Shown one piece after another: positions 53,997 through 64,000 of a stretch of DNA of 64,000 nucleotides. The DNA lies in contig CAVWBU010000024.1 in the NCBI GenBank assembly GCA_963753345.1, positions 64,001 through 128,000 on the forward strand, given 5' to 3'. This DNA comes from an uncultured Fibrobacterota bacterium. GTDB taxonomy: Bacteria; Fibrobacterota; Chitinivibrionia; Chitinivibrionales; FEN-1185. The notes below the pieces were generated by a model. That model was not told the DNA's origin and made no database searches. It saw nothing but the letters and a program-made list of their open reading frames with translations. The translations under genes were made by a program, and so were the position numbers. Each line of letters opens with the position of its first letter. The first letter of the stretch is position 1.

Positions 53997-55292
53997 TCAC
54001 ATCATTCTTCCAACCTTGAGCGCCGTTTCCTGCACGCCGAAATTCATTTCCGGCTGAATAAATTCCATTCCCTTGCGGACCAGCGGCACATAGACCAGCA
54101 TGCTTGACTTGAGAGATAGGGATAAGTCCTTCAGCATGGGAAGAACCCGCTTTTTTGCCTGGCTTATGTCGCCGAGAATAACAGGCACCGCGTCAAACGC
54201 CTCCATTGCGTCAAGGGTGACGGGGTAGAATGAAGATTTCTGCGAAACGTCCTGGGACTGTTGCGGTTCCTTCTGGTTCGTGGTGAGCAGCTTGGAAAGA
54301 AGGAGAAACAGCTGCGGATTCGCCTTGAACGCGGGTACCCAGAAGAAAAATTTCTGCTGTTCCATGGGTGGCAGCACGGCGCGCGGTGCATTGACAAAAC
54401 GAATGAAATCCGCAACCGACTCAAGCCGCACCGGGGCTGCCGAAACGTCAAACCGCCAGAATGGAATCCAGAGATCGGCTTTGGAACCGCCGTTCCACAC
54501 GACATAGTCCGCCCGTTCGAGCCCGTTCCTGGTTGCGCTCCATGCGCGGCCGCAGGTGGCGCATACGACAACAAGACTGTCATGTTCGGCGCTGCAATCC
54601 CCTCCGCATTCGGGGCACAGGGTGGAGATGAATGCCGGACCGGCCGGCCGCGAATCAGCCTCCGTATTTATTGGATCGCTCATCGTCCCCACTTCCGCTC
54701 CGGAAATCCCGTCAAACAAAACATTGTTTCTCAGGAAGTACGGTGCATACAGCAGATTCACCGCCTCACCGACAAGCGCGGTCTTCAAGACGGGAAAAGC
54801 GCGGTCCTGCACTCCCGGAGAGAGGAATCCCGAAACAGCCTCGGACTGCATGGAGACGAAAAGATGCGTTTCAACAGAACGAGAAGGAATGAGTCTGTTC
54901 TTGAGAGAATCGAACCCGTAATCAAGCCGGACAAAAACCCCTGGGGTTGACGGCTCAACGAACCTCATTTTCACGGTCTGCGACCGTATGCCGAGCGTCT
55001 GGGGAAGAAGAGAATTGTTCGCGGCGATAAGACTGTGGTCAATGATTCTGTGGGAAGTGCCGCCGAGAGAAAGCGAATATTCGGTCCCCTTGAACCACCA
55101 GTAGGGCATGTAGAAAAAATCGTGCGCTTCCGGAAGACTGCTGGCAAGATACAGCGAACCATGGTCCTGGAAAGCAATGAACAGCTTGACGCGGCAATAA
55201 GGACACGTAAAGAGCCTGTCGGTTTCGGACAGGCTCACCGCCGCGCCGCACTGCGGGCACTGATGCTCCAGGATGCTGTTAGAGGCGTTCAC
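53997..55292 (-). CDS. Hypothetical protein with zinc-ribbon motifs
   Basis: CPQCG..CPYC, CPECG..CATC, Y.PYW and W.PFW; likely GTG start overlapping the SPFH gene. Confidence 0.7.
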   Translation of the reverse strand: MNASNSILEHQCPQCGAAVSLSETDRLFTCPYCRVKLFIAFQDHGSLYLASSLPEAHDFFYMPYWWFKGTEYSLSLGGTSHRIIDHSLIAANNSLLPQTLGIRSQTVKMRFVEPSTPGVFVRLDYGFDSLKNRLIPSRSVETHLFVSMQSEAVSGFLSPGVQDRAFPVLKTALVGEAVNLLYAPYFLRNNVLFDGISGAEVGTMSDPINTEADSRPAGPAFISTLCPECGGDCSAEHDSLVVVCATCGRAWSATRNGLERADYVVWNGGSKADLWIPFWRFDVSAAPVRLESVADFIRFVNAPRAVLPPMEQQKFFFWVPAFKANPQLFLLLSKLLTTNQKEPQQSQDVSQKSSFYPVTLDAMEAFDAVPVILGDISQAKKRVLPMLKDLSLSLKSSMLVYVPLVRKGMEFIQPEMNFGVQETALKVGRMM

Positions 55293-56394
55293 CGCACTTG
55301 TTGCAGAATATTGCGTTGAAAAGGTTGTCAAACCCGCAGTGGTTGCAATGTTTGCTCGGGGCCTGCGGAGTAACCTGCTGGCCGCATTGCGGGCAGAACT
55401 TGGCAAACGGGGCCAGGTTCTTGCCGCACTTGACACACTGGGAAAATACCAGAAGCTGGTGGCCGCAATAAAGGCAGAACTGGGCTTCGGCCGGGATCTG
55501 CTGCCCGCAATCCGGGCACTTCTGGGTCGCCTGCGCCGCCGCCGGGTCTTGCGGGGAGAGCTGTCTGGACAACATGGCGGGCATCATGAGCCCGAATCCC
55601 ATTCCCATGCCGTTGCCGCTGCCGGGATTCTGAGAGGCTTTCTCGATTGCCATTGCGGATTTCATTTTCATGAGGTCATTGAGATTGCTAAAAAGTCCGA
55701 GCTTGCTCCTGTCATCAATCGCCTGCTGAACTTCCAACGGCGGCGTGATTGCATTGATGAAAAGATTTGGAAGCTCAAGACCGAAATGGGCAAAATCCTC
55801 CTGTAATTGTTTCTTGAGCCCTTCCGCAACCTCATCGTACTTGCCGGGCAGGTTGAACATGGTGTCAAGATGTTCCCCGAGATAGTCATTGAACCTCGAC
55901 ACAATAACGCTGCTCATGTAATCGGAAAGATCATCCGTTGAAAAACTTCCCACGGTTCCGGTAAGCGAATTGATGAATAGGAGCGGCTGTACGATTCGAA
56001 CATTGAACTGGCCGTGGGCGCGCAGGCGGATGAGCCCCAGCTGCGAGTCCTTGAAGGCGACCGGGTCCTTTGTACCCCACTTCTGGTTTATAAACGTTTT
56101 CATGTTGAGTATGTAAACTTCGGCGCGCAAGGGGCTGGTAAGGCCCCAGGGAATGCTCATGATTTTGTTGAGTATCGGGATATTTGCGGTCTGAAGCGTG
56201 TGCCTTCCGGGTCCGAACACGTGGATGGCTTTACCGTTGTAGAAGAATGCGCCCACCTGACTTTCGCGGATGACCAGTTGCGCGCCATACTTGATCTCTC
56301 CCGACCCGATTTCCGGAATTCGCTGCACGAATCGGTCGCCGGTCTGGTCAAGCCATTCTATGACCTCCAGAAAAATCACGTTATTTGTGCCCAT
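55279..56394 (-). CDS. SPFH-domain (YdjI-like) protein with C-terminal zinc ribbons
   Basis: G.QLVIRESQ, FGPGRHTL.T.NIP, KWGT..P, repeated CxxCG. Confidence 0.88.
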   Translation of the reverse strand: MGTNNVIFLEVIEWLDQTGDRFVQRIPEIGSGEIKYGAQLVIRESQVGAFFYNGKAIHVFGPGRHTLQTANIPILNKIMSIPWGLTSPLRAEVYILNMKTFINQKWGTKDPVAFKDSQLGLIRLRAHGQFNVRIVQPLLFINSLTGTVGSFSTDDLSDYMSSVIVSRFNDYLGEHLDTMFNLPGKYDEVAEGLKKQLQEDFAHFGLELPNLFINAITPPLEVQQAIDDRSKLGLFSNLNDLMKMKSAMAIEKASQNPGSGNGMGMGFGLMMPAMLSRQLSPQDPAAAQATQKCPDCGQQIPAEAQFCLYCGHQLLVFSQCVKCGKNLAPFAKFCPQCGQQVTPQAPSKHCNHCGFDNLFNAIFCNKCGERL

Positions 56395-56470
56395 GAGATG
56401 CCCTTTTCTGTAACAGGTTCACCTGCAAGTGCGAAAAATCGACAGAACCACGGCCTCTTGTATATTCACC

Positions 56471-57394
56471 TCAATCCGGTTTATTGATAGCTCGCATCAG
56501 GAATTTGTGATTGAGCCAGACATATAACCGGAAGATAAGGAACAGAAGCAGAAGCACCACTACAACAGCGATCACAATAACTATAATACGGTGTTTTGCG
56601 GGTCCTGTCGACTGTTTTGTTGATTTTCCTGTGGCGGGCGCATTGGCCTGTCCGGTAGAAATCGACGGTGAAGTACCAGCCGACTGGGTTAAAGAACCGG
56701 TGTCCCTGCGCACCGACGCTGCCAGTGTTTCGGCCGCATGCGTTGCTGCAAGAGGTTTCTCGGAAAGCAGCGAGATCTGTTCCACTCCCGGAATGGAGAG
56801 CGTGTCCTCATTAAATTCACCCTCATTCTTCCACTTGTTCGAATACAGGCTTTTCTGTCCGAGTCTCACCAGAAAGGGCGTAGGCGTCTCGTTTGAGAGT
56901 TTATGGAAACAATCCCATATGTCAATTTTTGAAACGACCACGCCCACGCACCTTTTCTTCGAAAGGACAGGCACGGTCCAAACCAGGTAATACCTGCCGT
57001 TGTCCTCGACAACACCCTGATATGGTTTCTTGTTCTTTACCGTGGCGGCATACCATTCCGCATCACCCACCTTGCGGTTTACCGCCTTCTTGGGAACCTC
57101 TCCGCGAATTACTTCGCTTACGATCTTCCCCCGCTGATTGATTTTTGCAAGGTATGAACATGGCTGGTGTTTTTTCAAGAAAGCAACAAACACGCCGCTT
57201 GTGGATTTTGAACGCATGTTTTTATGCGCGGTGCTTGCCGCAAGTTTGCCGAAATCCTTCTTGAGGGAGGCAAAGTATTGGTTGAAAGAATCCTGCAGAG
57301 ACCCGGAAAACGACGGCGTGAAAAAGCACATCAACAGAACGGCACTCAGGATCCTCAGACTCGATTTTTTACGGACGCATTGAACCACAGCCAT
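56471..57394 (-). CDS. Exported, membrane-anchored hypothetical protein (Cache-like segment)
   Basis: Signal, EWY......PY, VPV.....VGVV, C-terminal TM. Confidence 0.6.
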   Translation of the reverse strand: MAVVQCVRKKSSLRILSAVLLMCFFTPSFSGSLQDSFNQYFASLKKDFGKLAASTAHKNMRSKSTSGVFVAFLKKHQPCSYLAKINQRGKIVSEVIRGEVPKKAVNRKVGDAEWYAATVKNKKPYQGVVEDNGRYYLVWTVPVLSKKRCVGVVVSKIDIWDCFHKLSNETPTPFLVRLGQKSLYSNKWKNEGEFNEDTLSIPGVEQISLLSEKPLAATHAAETLAASVRRDTGSLTQSAGTSPSISTGQANAPATGKSTKQSTGPAKHRIIVIVIAVVVVLLLLFLIFRLYVWLNHKFLMRAINKPD

Positions 57395-57653
57395 GCTCTC
57401 CTCCTTGGGGGCTAGAGGAACCATCGCTCAACAAATTATAAATAGTTAATGGAAGGAAATGATGGGAAATAAATTTTATGCAAGAGTAAACAACTGCAGC
57501 CAAGGGCTTTGGTTCATACCCGAAGTGAGCGGTTTCCAATCATTTCTTGGGCTGGTAATTAGTTGAAAGCCCTCGAGGGAACCCTCAAGGGCAAATGCCG
57601 AACCTGCTGATGAGGCGGTCCTTGACAAGTACACGACGGTTCGATTCCATTTG

Positions 57654-58925
57654 CTACAAGCCTGCGCTTCTCGGGGTTCCGTATTGCAGGGTTGCGGTCG
57701 AAGGAAACAGCTGACTTATAAGTGTCTGGGCCGTCTTCCAATTTCTACCATAATTATTATATGTGGGGTCGGCCGTGAGCGTGTCAAGTACAATGGATTT
57801 CTTACCTGAGCCGAGGTTGGGCCATTCCTGGGTGTTGCTGCCGCCTGCAAAGGCCACCCAGTCCAGAACCGTATCGCCTGCGGCCCTGGAGCGAAGGCTG
57901 AGCCAGTTGCCTGTGGAAGTAAGGTCCAAAGCAGATGAGACGGAACTGTAGGTATCAACCCACGGCAGGCTTCTTCTGCCGACCACAAAAAAACCCTGGG
58001 GCTGGATGGAAACAATCCCGAATGCCCGGCAAGTTCCATCAATCTCAATAATAAGTGAATCATTATAGGTCACATTCAGGGGGTTATAGATTTCTATGTA
58101 TTCAGAATCGTTCGCGTTATACATGATTTCGGAAATAATAAGACGGCCGGTTTCAAAGGCTATTGTCTTGGCACTTCCAACATTTCCAGATACAACCGTC
58201 ACAGCAGGAATTTGGGCCGTTACCGACACAGACGCGCCGGTTGTGACCCGGTAGAAACTGGTTGAAACACTTGTGTCCCGCAACACTGAGAATGTAAGCC
58301 ACATGGCGGAACGATATACAACCCCGCCGGCCGTATCCGTGCCTTCCAGCACAAGCGAATCAGAGGTGCTGTCCGGTATATTGTCGATGCTCAGAAACAT
58401 TTTTGTTGATCTGTCGTCACAGGTGGACATTCCCGCAAACGTGGCACATATCCGGTTTACGTTGGTCGGAATATTCGACAAGTCGATGTATATTGAGCCC
58501 CGAACTGGAACCAACTTGAAATCCATGGTCTTCTTTTCCGTTGGGGAAATATCCACGATCTGGGAAACACTAGTATGGATAATGACGTTGTCCTTAGTCT
58601 TTGTGAAGACTTCAAACATGCGCTTCTTTCCGGCAGGAATATTGTCTACCAATGTGGAGACATATGGATCAGAAGGACTGAATTTTGCTGACTCGAGAAT
58701 TGTGTCCATATCGCTTGCGGTAATTCTAACCACCAGACTGTCCCACGTGGTGGCTTGCGCCTCTTGCGTTTTTGCCAGGACATTCTCGGTTTGTGGTTTC
58801 ACGACCGAAGCCCAGAGCTCGGCACTTCCTGCCTTCCGGCTTGCAAGACCGGAAGGATTGTTGGCGCATGATGTCAGCATGATCGCCAAACTTGCTGCGA
58901 CTGCAACTGCAAACTGTTTCTTCAT
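57654..58925 (-). CDS. Lipoprotein with lamin-tail-like domain
   Basis: Lipobox LTSC; LIISEIMY....EYIEIYNP; C-terminal GTP. Confidence 0.75.
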   Translation of the reverse strand: MKKQFAVAVAASLAIMLTSCANNPSGLASRKAGSAELWASVVKPQTENVLAKTQEAQATTWDSLVVRITASDMDTILESAKFSPSDPYVSTLVDNIPAGKKRMFEVFTKTKDNVIIHTSVSQIVDISPTEKKTMDFKLVPVRGSIYIDLSNIPTNVNRICATFAGMSTCDDRSTKMFLSIDNIPDSTSDSLVLEGTDTAGGVVYRSAMWLTFSVLRDTSVSTSFYRVTTGASVSVTAQIPAVTVVSGNVGSAKTIAFETGRLIISEIMYNANDSEYIEIYNPLNVTYNDSLIIEIDGTCRAFGIVSIQPQGFFVVGRRSLPWVDTYSSVSSALDLTSTGNWLSLRSRAAGDTVLDWVAFAGGSNTQEWPNLGSGKKSIVLDTLTADPTYNNYGRNWKTAQTLISQLFPSTATLQYGTPRSAGL

Positions 58926-59282
58926 GTTGCACACTCCCTTTATTTGTGGTAATGGTTTGGGCTGGGAAGGATACGGATGAAGGAATATGCAGGTCGTGTG
59001 CCAATTATCCGATAGAACTGTAAGGTATTGTGGTATCGCGGATTACATTCTGCAACATGCAAATGGAAATCTTCAACCTGGTTGCGCTGCTGCAACCCAT
59101 TCTTGGGCAGCGACGCGAAAAGGATATAATTTTGCAATCCGTTCTTGCTGACTGACACTATCCATTTCAACAAAGCAACCGGTGTGCTTGGAGGTGGCAG
59201 ATGGATCAATTGTCGCGGGGGTACAAAAAAACGGGCTGGATAAATATGCAGATTGATCGAGTCAGAGATCTATTCCAATTCT

Positions 59283-59334
59283 TGAATCCCATAGCGAGCG
59301 CATTCCTCGAAGCTTGCTGCGGGGTTCTTCAATC
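59283..59334 (+). mobile_element. Collapsed single-hairpin copy of the 4561-4682 element
   Basis: AATCCCA.AGCGAGCG.ATTCC joined to AGCTTGCTGCGGGGTTCTTCAATC. Confidence 0.55.
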
Positions 59335-59401
59335 GTTAAATGTCAAGATTGTTTGACTCGATTTCGGGGAAAGGGGCATTCTGACGCTTCGGCGATACCC
59401 T

Positions 59402-59447
59402 AAAGAAAAAGATGCGACGATAGAGGTTTTACAACCCCTTCGTCGTC
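59402..59447 (-). terminator. Probable intrinsic terminator
   Basis: Minus strand CGACGA..GGTT/AACC..TCGTCG stem then TCTTTTTCTTT. Confidence 0.5.
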
Positions 59448-59470
59448 TTGCTGAATCCCGATGGTTGCTT

Positions 59471-60712
59471 CTATTTCGACTTGGCAGGCGTGGTCTGGGC
59501 CGGAAGTTTCTTGGGCTCGGGTTTCACGGGCGCGGCAGGGGATTTCTGCGCAGGAGCCTTCCCGGGTCCGCCGCCGTCCGGACAACCGTCATCGTCCTGA
59601 TAGCCATCTATGTCCTCGGGCGTGTTCGGGCATTTGTCAAGTTTGTCCGGAATTCCGTCGCCATCGTTGTCGTTATCCGGGCAACCGTCCTCATCCTGGA
59701 ACCCGTCAAAATCCTCGGGCTCGTTCGGACACATGTCCTGCGCGTCGAAAATGCCGTCGTTGTCGTTGTCGAAATCAGGACAGCCGTCCTCGTCCTGAAA
59801 TCCATCCTTGTCTTCGGGAACATCGGGGCATTGATCCACGTCGTCGGGAATGCCGTCGCCGTCGGAATCGATGCGCACCTTGTTAAGCGCAACGTCACTC
59901 ATGGGCCCGATGTCCGAACCGCCCTTTCCCAGGCCCGCAAGCGGGAACCCTTTTCCCCCAAAACTTTCGAATGAAAATCCGACTATGCCTATGGAAGGAA
60001 GCCCGGGGTCCTTCGAGACGTTGGTCTCATTGATTACTGCGAACGGACTGCAAGCCAGCCTGTTTGCATAGAAATCGTTGTAGATGATGCGCGACCTTCT
60101 CGAATCTTCGTTGACGTAGATGCCGTATTGCTGATTGTGGAACAGAATGGTGTTCTCGACAAGCACTTCGCTCTTGTTGGCCAGCATGATGCCGCAGTAC
60201 CTGTTTTCACCGATAAAATTGTGGTCGATTGAGGTGCGTTGCCCATTGGTGATCAACTCGCAGAATATGCCCGTCCATTGGTTTGACTGGATGATGTTGT
60301 TCTTGATTTCAGGGAGCGACACAAGGCAGTGGACGCCGGTCCTGTTGTTGCGGATAATGTTGTGTTCGATGGTTGGATTCGTGTTTTTGCAGATAATGCC
60401 GGTGCTGCCGCGTTCGATGGTGAAGTTCCTGATAAGGGAGCGGTTTGCTCCTTCCACCACCGGCCTGCCGCCGCTTCCCTGCAGCACCGTCTTCTCGACG
60501 TCCTCACCCACCAGAGCCACGTTGTCTTTCATCACGATGTGCTCGCGGTAGGTGCCGTTCTGAACATACACCGTGTCGCCGTCTTCCGCTTCGTCAAGTG
60601 CCTTCTGGACCGACCGCGCGTCTCTCGGGACCACGATCTTCTTCGGGGCCGCCCACGAATTGACGGACACAACGACAAGCGCAAGCAGCGCGGCCATCAC
60701 AATCGCCTTCAT
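59471..60712 (-). CDS. Secreted right-handed beta-helix protein with thrombospondin type 3 (Ca-binding) repeats
   Basis: SVQKAL..A..GDTVYV.NGTY.E; N-rich beta-helix repeats; D.DGDGIPD..D.CP..PED.DGFQDEDGCPD repeats. Confidence 0.85.
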   Translation of the reverse strand: MKAIVMAALLALVVVSVNSWAAPKKIVVPRDARSVQKALDEAEDGDTVYVQNGTYREHIVMKDNVALVGEDVEKTVLQGSGGRPVVEGANRSLIRNFTIERGSTGIICKNTNPTIEHNIIRNNRTGVHCLVSLPEIKNNIIQSNQWTGIFCELITNGQRTSIDHNFIGENRYCGIMLANKSEVLVENTILFHNQQYGIYVNEDSRRSRIIYNDFYANRLACSPFAVINETNVSKDPGLPSIGIVGFSFESFGGKGFPLAGLGKGGSDIGPMSDVALNKVRIDSDGDGIPDDVDQCPDVPEDKDGFQDEDGCPDFDNDNDGIFDAQDMCPNEPEDFDGFQDEDGCPDNDNDGDGIPDKLDKCPNTPEDIDGYQDDDGCPDGGGPGKAPAQKSPAAPVKPEPKKLPAQTTPAKSK

Positions 60713-60811
60713 AACACCCCCTGAACCTTTCTTTCGACACCGTTCTTGTGGTCTTGTATCATAAACTACGTCTTCTCTTGACCCACACACAAGGGCAAGC
60801 ATCTCGCTTCC

Positions 60812-63205
60812 CTACTTCTTGTCTATCTGCTGGAGTTCTTTTTTCTTCTTTTCGATTTCCTCGTTGATCTTATCCTCTTTCTTCTTCTGGTCCTCAATCT
60901 GCCGCACCTGACCGCCCGACTTCAGCAGGCTCGTCGCCTTCGCTATCGCATATTCCGCGTCCGATATCACCTGGTCCTTCCGCATGAAAAACTTCTTGTG
61001 CGACTGCGCCAGCAACGTATAGTTGAAAAAGTCCCGGTTCTCCTTTGCAAACTTGTCGTACTCCGACTTGAACGCTCCGCGCTCCTCGATCGACTTGTCC
61101 GTCGGCTTCCGCAGCGCGTTCTTCTTCACCTTCTCCGCCGTCGGCGCAAACTCGGAAGTCGTCTGACCAAACTTCTGCGTTCGTGCCTGAAGGTCCGCCT
61201 CCGTCACGTACTTCACCGTCTTCGTCATGTCCAGGCATTTCTCCAGCGCATCTATCGCATCCTGATACTTCTTCTGCAGCATCAGCCCGTACCCCTTCAG
61301 CAAATACGCCTCCGGCACCAGCGGCGATTCCGGGTGCGCCGCGATCAGCCGATCCACCGTCTGCAAACACACCGCAGGCTGGTTCACCTTGATCCACGAC
61401 CACGCCGTCCCCAACAGCGCCTCGTCCCCGTAGCTCGACCCCTCCGGCACCCGCTTGTACGCCTCCACCGCGTTCCGCAGCTCCACCTGCTCGTAATACG
61501 CATGTCCAAGCTTCACGTTCGCCGCGTCCTGCAACAGCTGCGTCGCAGGATCCTGCGTCGTGTCCGCTATGATGCTCTTCAGGTTCCCTACCGCCGCCTC
61601 CATCTTCTTGTTCTCGATGTTGATGATCGCCAGCGTGTACTGCCCGTACAAATACGACGGCGACCCCGCCTTGATCCGGCTCAACAGCTGCTCCGCAGCA
61701 TTGTAGTTCTTCCGCAAAAAGTGTATCTCACCAGCCACATAGTCCGCGTCGGGACGTATGTCGCTCTCCCCGTACAAATTCGTTATAAACGCGTGGTTCT
61801 TCAGTGCGTCCTCGTATTTCCCCTCACGGTAGTCGATCGTCTCAAGACCATACAGGTACTTCGACCGCATGTCCGACGTCGTGTATTCCTCCAGCGCGCT
61901 CTTGAACACCGCCCGCGCCGTCTCGTTCATGTACAATCGCTTGTAGCTGTCTCCCATGTAATACGCAGCCTTGTCGTTCAAATAAAAGTTCGGGTACAAC
62001 GACACCACCTTCCCGAACGCAAATGCCGCCTCCCAGTATTTCCCCGCCAGATACAGCCGCATCGCCTCGTTGTACGCGTCCATCGGCGCCAATATCAGCT
62101 GATCGTACAGCCGCTTCGACTCCCGCTGCTCACGCGTCGGACCAAAATCCGTCGACAACCGGTGCATCATCGTCAGCCCCCGCTCGTCCTCCTGGCCCGC
62201 TATCGGCAGCGCGTACCCTATGTGAACATCGTAGTTCAGGTAGTTGATCATCTCCGGCAACGGATATATAAAATTGAAATTGAACCCAACGTACGGTATG
62301 TTGTTGTTCGCCCAACCCGCCTTCAACCACACCTGCGGTATAAACTGCCACTTCACATGCGCGCTCAGCCGAAACGCCTTCTTCAACTCATACGCCTTCG
62401 TCACGTCCGGCGTCGCGTTCGTCCACACCGTGTCCGCCTTCAATATCCCCGCATACAAATCTGACAGCGCGTTGTCCACCACCCCCTCAAAATCAATCAC
62501 CAGCTTGTCGTTCAACCCCGAGTACCTCACCCCGGCGCGAACCCGCGTCACCCCCACCTGATCCAGCGTCGCTCCCGTGTCGTGCCATATCGGTATCGAT
62601 GGCACCACGTCCTGCAAGTTAAGGCTGAAACCAAGGTCCCCGTAACGAAAATGATCCATCGGATTGACGTACACCCCGAGGTCCAATCCCACCGCAAGCT
62701 GCTGGCTCATCCCAAACTTGCTCTCATAACGCAACTTCGCGTTCGCCCCAGCGATAAACCACGGCAATATCCGCCACGAATAATGCCCCACAAACCAGTT
62801 GTCCCCAAAATTCGCCTCGCCAAGGTCACGAATCGTGTTCGTCGCATCATTAAAGTCGATCGTCGTCCGGTCGATCGTCGATCCCGTACCTATCCACGAC
62901 AACCCGATCGTGTGATTCAACCGGATCGGCACCAAAAACGACATCTCCTGGTACCCCAGCGGCGTCGTCGATCCTGCCTCGTCCATCTCCCACCGGTAAA
63001 AACCACCCTCCAACCGATACTGGTTCACTCGGTACAACAACGCCGGGTTCACCAGACCCGACGAAAAATCGCTCAAATCCTCAATGAAATCCGCCTGGAA
63101 AAACGGCGCGTCGTAACCACCCGTCTGACCCTGCGCTCTCCCGCAGTATGTCAGCATCATCCCCACACACACCATCCACAGCATCCTCGTTATCTTCGTT
63201 TCCAC
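60812..63205 (-). CDS. Outer-membrane protein: PorV-like barrel N-terminus with TPR/coiled-coil C-terminus
   Basis: Signal, NPALL motif, amphipathic beta strands, then TPR repeats. Confidence 0.65.
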   Translation of the reverse strand: METKITRMLWMVCVGMMLTYCGRAQGQTGGYDAPFFQADFIEDLSDFSSGLVNPALLYRVNQYRLEGGFYRWEMDEAGSTTPLGYQEMSFLVPIRLNHTIGLSWIGTGSTIDRTTIDFNDATNTIRDLGEANFGDNWFVGHYSWRILPWFIAGANAKLRYESKFGMSQQLAVGLDLGVYVNPMDHFRYGDLGFSLNLQDVVPSIPIWHDTGATLDQVGVTRVRAGVRYSGLNDKLVIDFEGVVDNALSDLYAGILKADTVWTNATPDVTKAYELKKAFRLSAHVKWQFIPQVWLKAGWANNNIPYVGFNFNFIYPLPEMINYLNYDVHIGYALPIAGQEDERGLTMMHRLSTDFGPTREQRESKRLYDQLILAPMDAYNEAMRLYLAGKYWEAAFAFGKVVSLYPNFYLNDKAAYYMGDSYKRLYMNETARAVFKSALEEYTTSDMRSKYLYGLETIDYREGKYEDALKNHAFITNLYGESDIRPDADYVAGEIHFLRKNYNAAEQLLSRIKAGSPSYLYGQYTLAIINIENKKMEAAVGNLKSIIADTTQDPATQLLQDAANVKLGHAYYEQVELRNAVEAYKRVPEGSSYGDEALLGTAWSWIKVNQPAVCLQTVDRLIAAHPESPLVPEAYLLKGYGLMLQKKYQDAIDALEKCLDMTKTVKYVTEADLQARTQKFGQTTSEFAPTAEKVKKNALRKPTDKSIEERGAFKSEYDKFAKENRDFFNYTLLAQSHKKFFMRKDQVISDAEYAIAKATSLLKSGGQVRQIEDQKKKEDKINEEIEKKKKELQQIDKK

Positions 63206-63562
63206 AGCCTACCTCGCATGTCTTTGTTCGGTTGAAACCATGAAACCGGGCGCTTCCCGGCTGACCCGGTATGAATAGTCGTGTCTTGGTTGAAAAAGGT
63301 TCAATCAAACATCAATCCGGATTTCCTGACGCAGCGGAATCTCGTTCGCCGATACCGGCGCCAAGCCGTCATCGGTTCCGTATCGCGGTATCACATGGCG
63401 TCAGGGGGCTGTCGCCATATCAATGCCGACATCGGCAAAAAAGTTTGACGGGTTTTCAGTCGAATGTATATTATTATGCAAAGTCGGCTCCCACGAAAGG
63501 GCTGAACAAATACCACCAAACAAAAATGCGCGACCGCGCTGAAAAAGAAGAGAACCCTTCCT

Positions 63563-64000
63563 ATGGCAAAAAAAACCGCAAGAAAACCGCTCCCCGGCAG
63601 GAAAACGAAAGCATCCTCCTCGGTCGCTGCTGTTGCCCCGGAACAAAAAACAGCGGAAGATGCTCTGCATTTCAGGGTTGAATTTGAAAAACTCATCACC
63701 TCCATTTCCACCAATTTTATCAACCTTGCACCGGAGCAGATCGACAACGGCGTTACCGTGGCGCTCGGGCTGCTGGGAGAATTCACCAAAACCGACAGAA
63801 GTTATGTTCTCTTGTTTGACAAGAGCGGCGAGAACCTGGAGCGCACACATGAATGGTGCGCCATCGGCATTGAATCGCAGAGCGAGCAGTACCGCACCAT
63901 GAGCGCTTCGGCGCTTCCCTGGCTCGTAGGAAAACTCCGGATGCAGCAGACGGCCTACTTTACCGACGTTGACGATTTGCCTTCCGAAGCAAAGGCGGAA
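63563..64000 (+). CDS. GAF-domain signalling protein, truncated by the window end
   Basis: Open frame MAKKTARK...FEKLITSISTNFINL...DRSYVLLF...THEWCA.GI. Confidence 0.8.
   Translation, partial: MAKKTARKPLPGRKTKASSSVAAVAPEQKTAEDALHFRVEFEKLITSISTNFINLAPEQIDNGVTVALGLLGEFTKTDRSYVLLFDKSGENLERTHEWCAIGIESQSEQYRTMSASALPWLVGKLRMQQTAYFTDVDDLPSEAKAE

Noticed and set aside
57560-57655. tRNA (GGTTCGATTCC) or hammerhead ribozyme (GAAA...CTGATGAG)
   Set aside because: No cloverleaf; the hammerhead NUH site and stem I are missing; only simple hairpins are present
60998-62464. Long antisense ORFs here and at 7557-8966, 16982-18151 and 48982-50118
   Set aside because: Shadows of GC-rich codon usage on the real strand, with no protein motifs

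Overview
Bacterial chromosomal window of mostly GC-rich genes. Secreted proteins with T9SS-like C-terminal domains and a PorV-like barrel suggest the FCB group, possibly Fibrobacterota/Chitinivibrionales (inference). Left to right: (1) an AT-rich island edge with a HEPN gene and a MuF-like gene; (2) housekeeping genes (pgi, PTS-EIIA/diadenylate cyclase, acyltransferase, GT-C glycosyltransferase, cyclophilin, hom, thrC, apgM, sugar transferase) whose intergenic spaces hold five copies of a 250-480 nt two-module structured repeat; (3) nikR and redox genes including katG; (4) an ~18 kb metal-uptake island with two HHH/CxxC/RAPP leader ORFs, a ZnuAB-like pair, two TonB-dependent receptors, a TtpC/TonB2-like motor and NikMNQO behind tandem NikR-type boxes; (5) a sigma54 two-component module, an ASKHA activator, trpS, an SPFH pair and secreted proteins. 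The most unusual signals are the repeated structured element (two copies bracket a cargo gene), the RAPP leader ORFs with anti-SD pairing, and a 797-codon gene whose four-fold codons almost all end in G. Several genes carry single-base frameshifts that look like assembly errors. No rRNA, tRNA or CRISPR array was seen. All calls are from reading the sequence; no searches were run.
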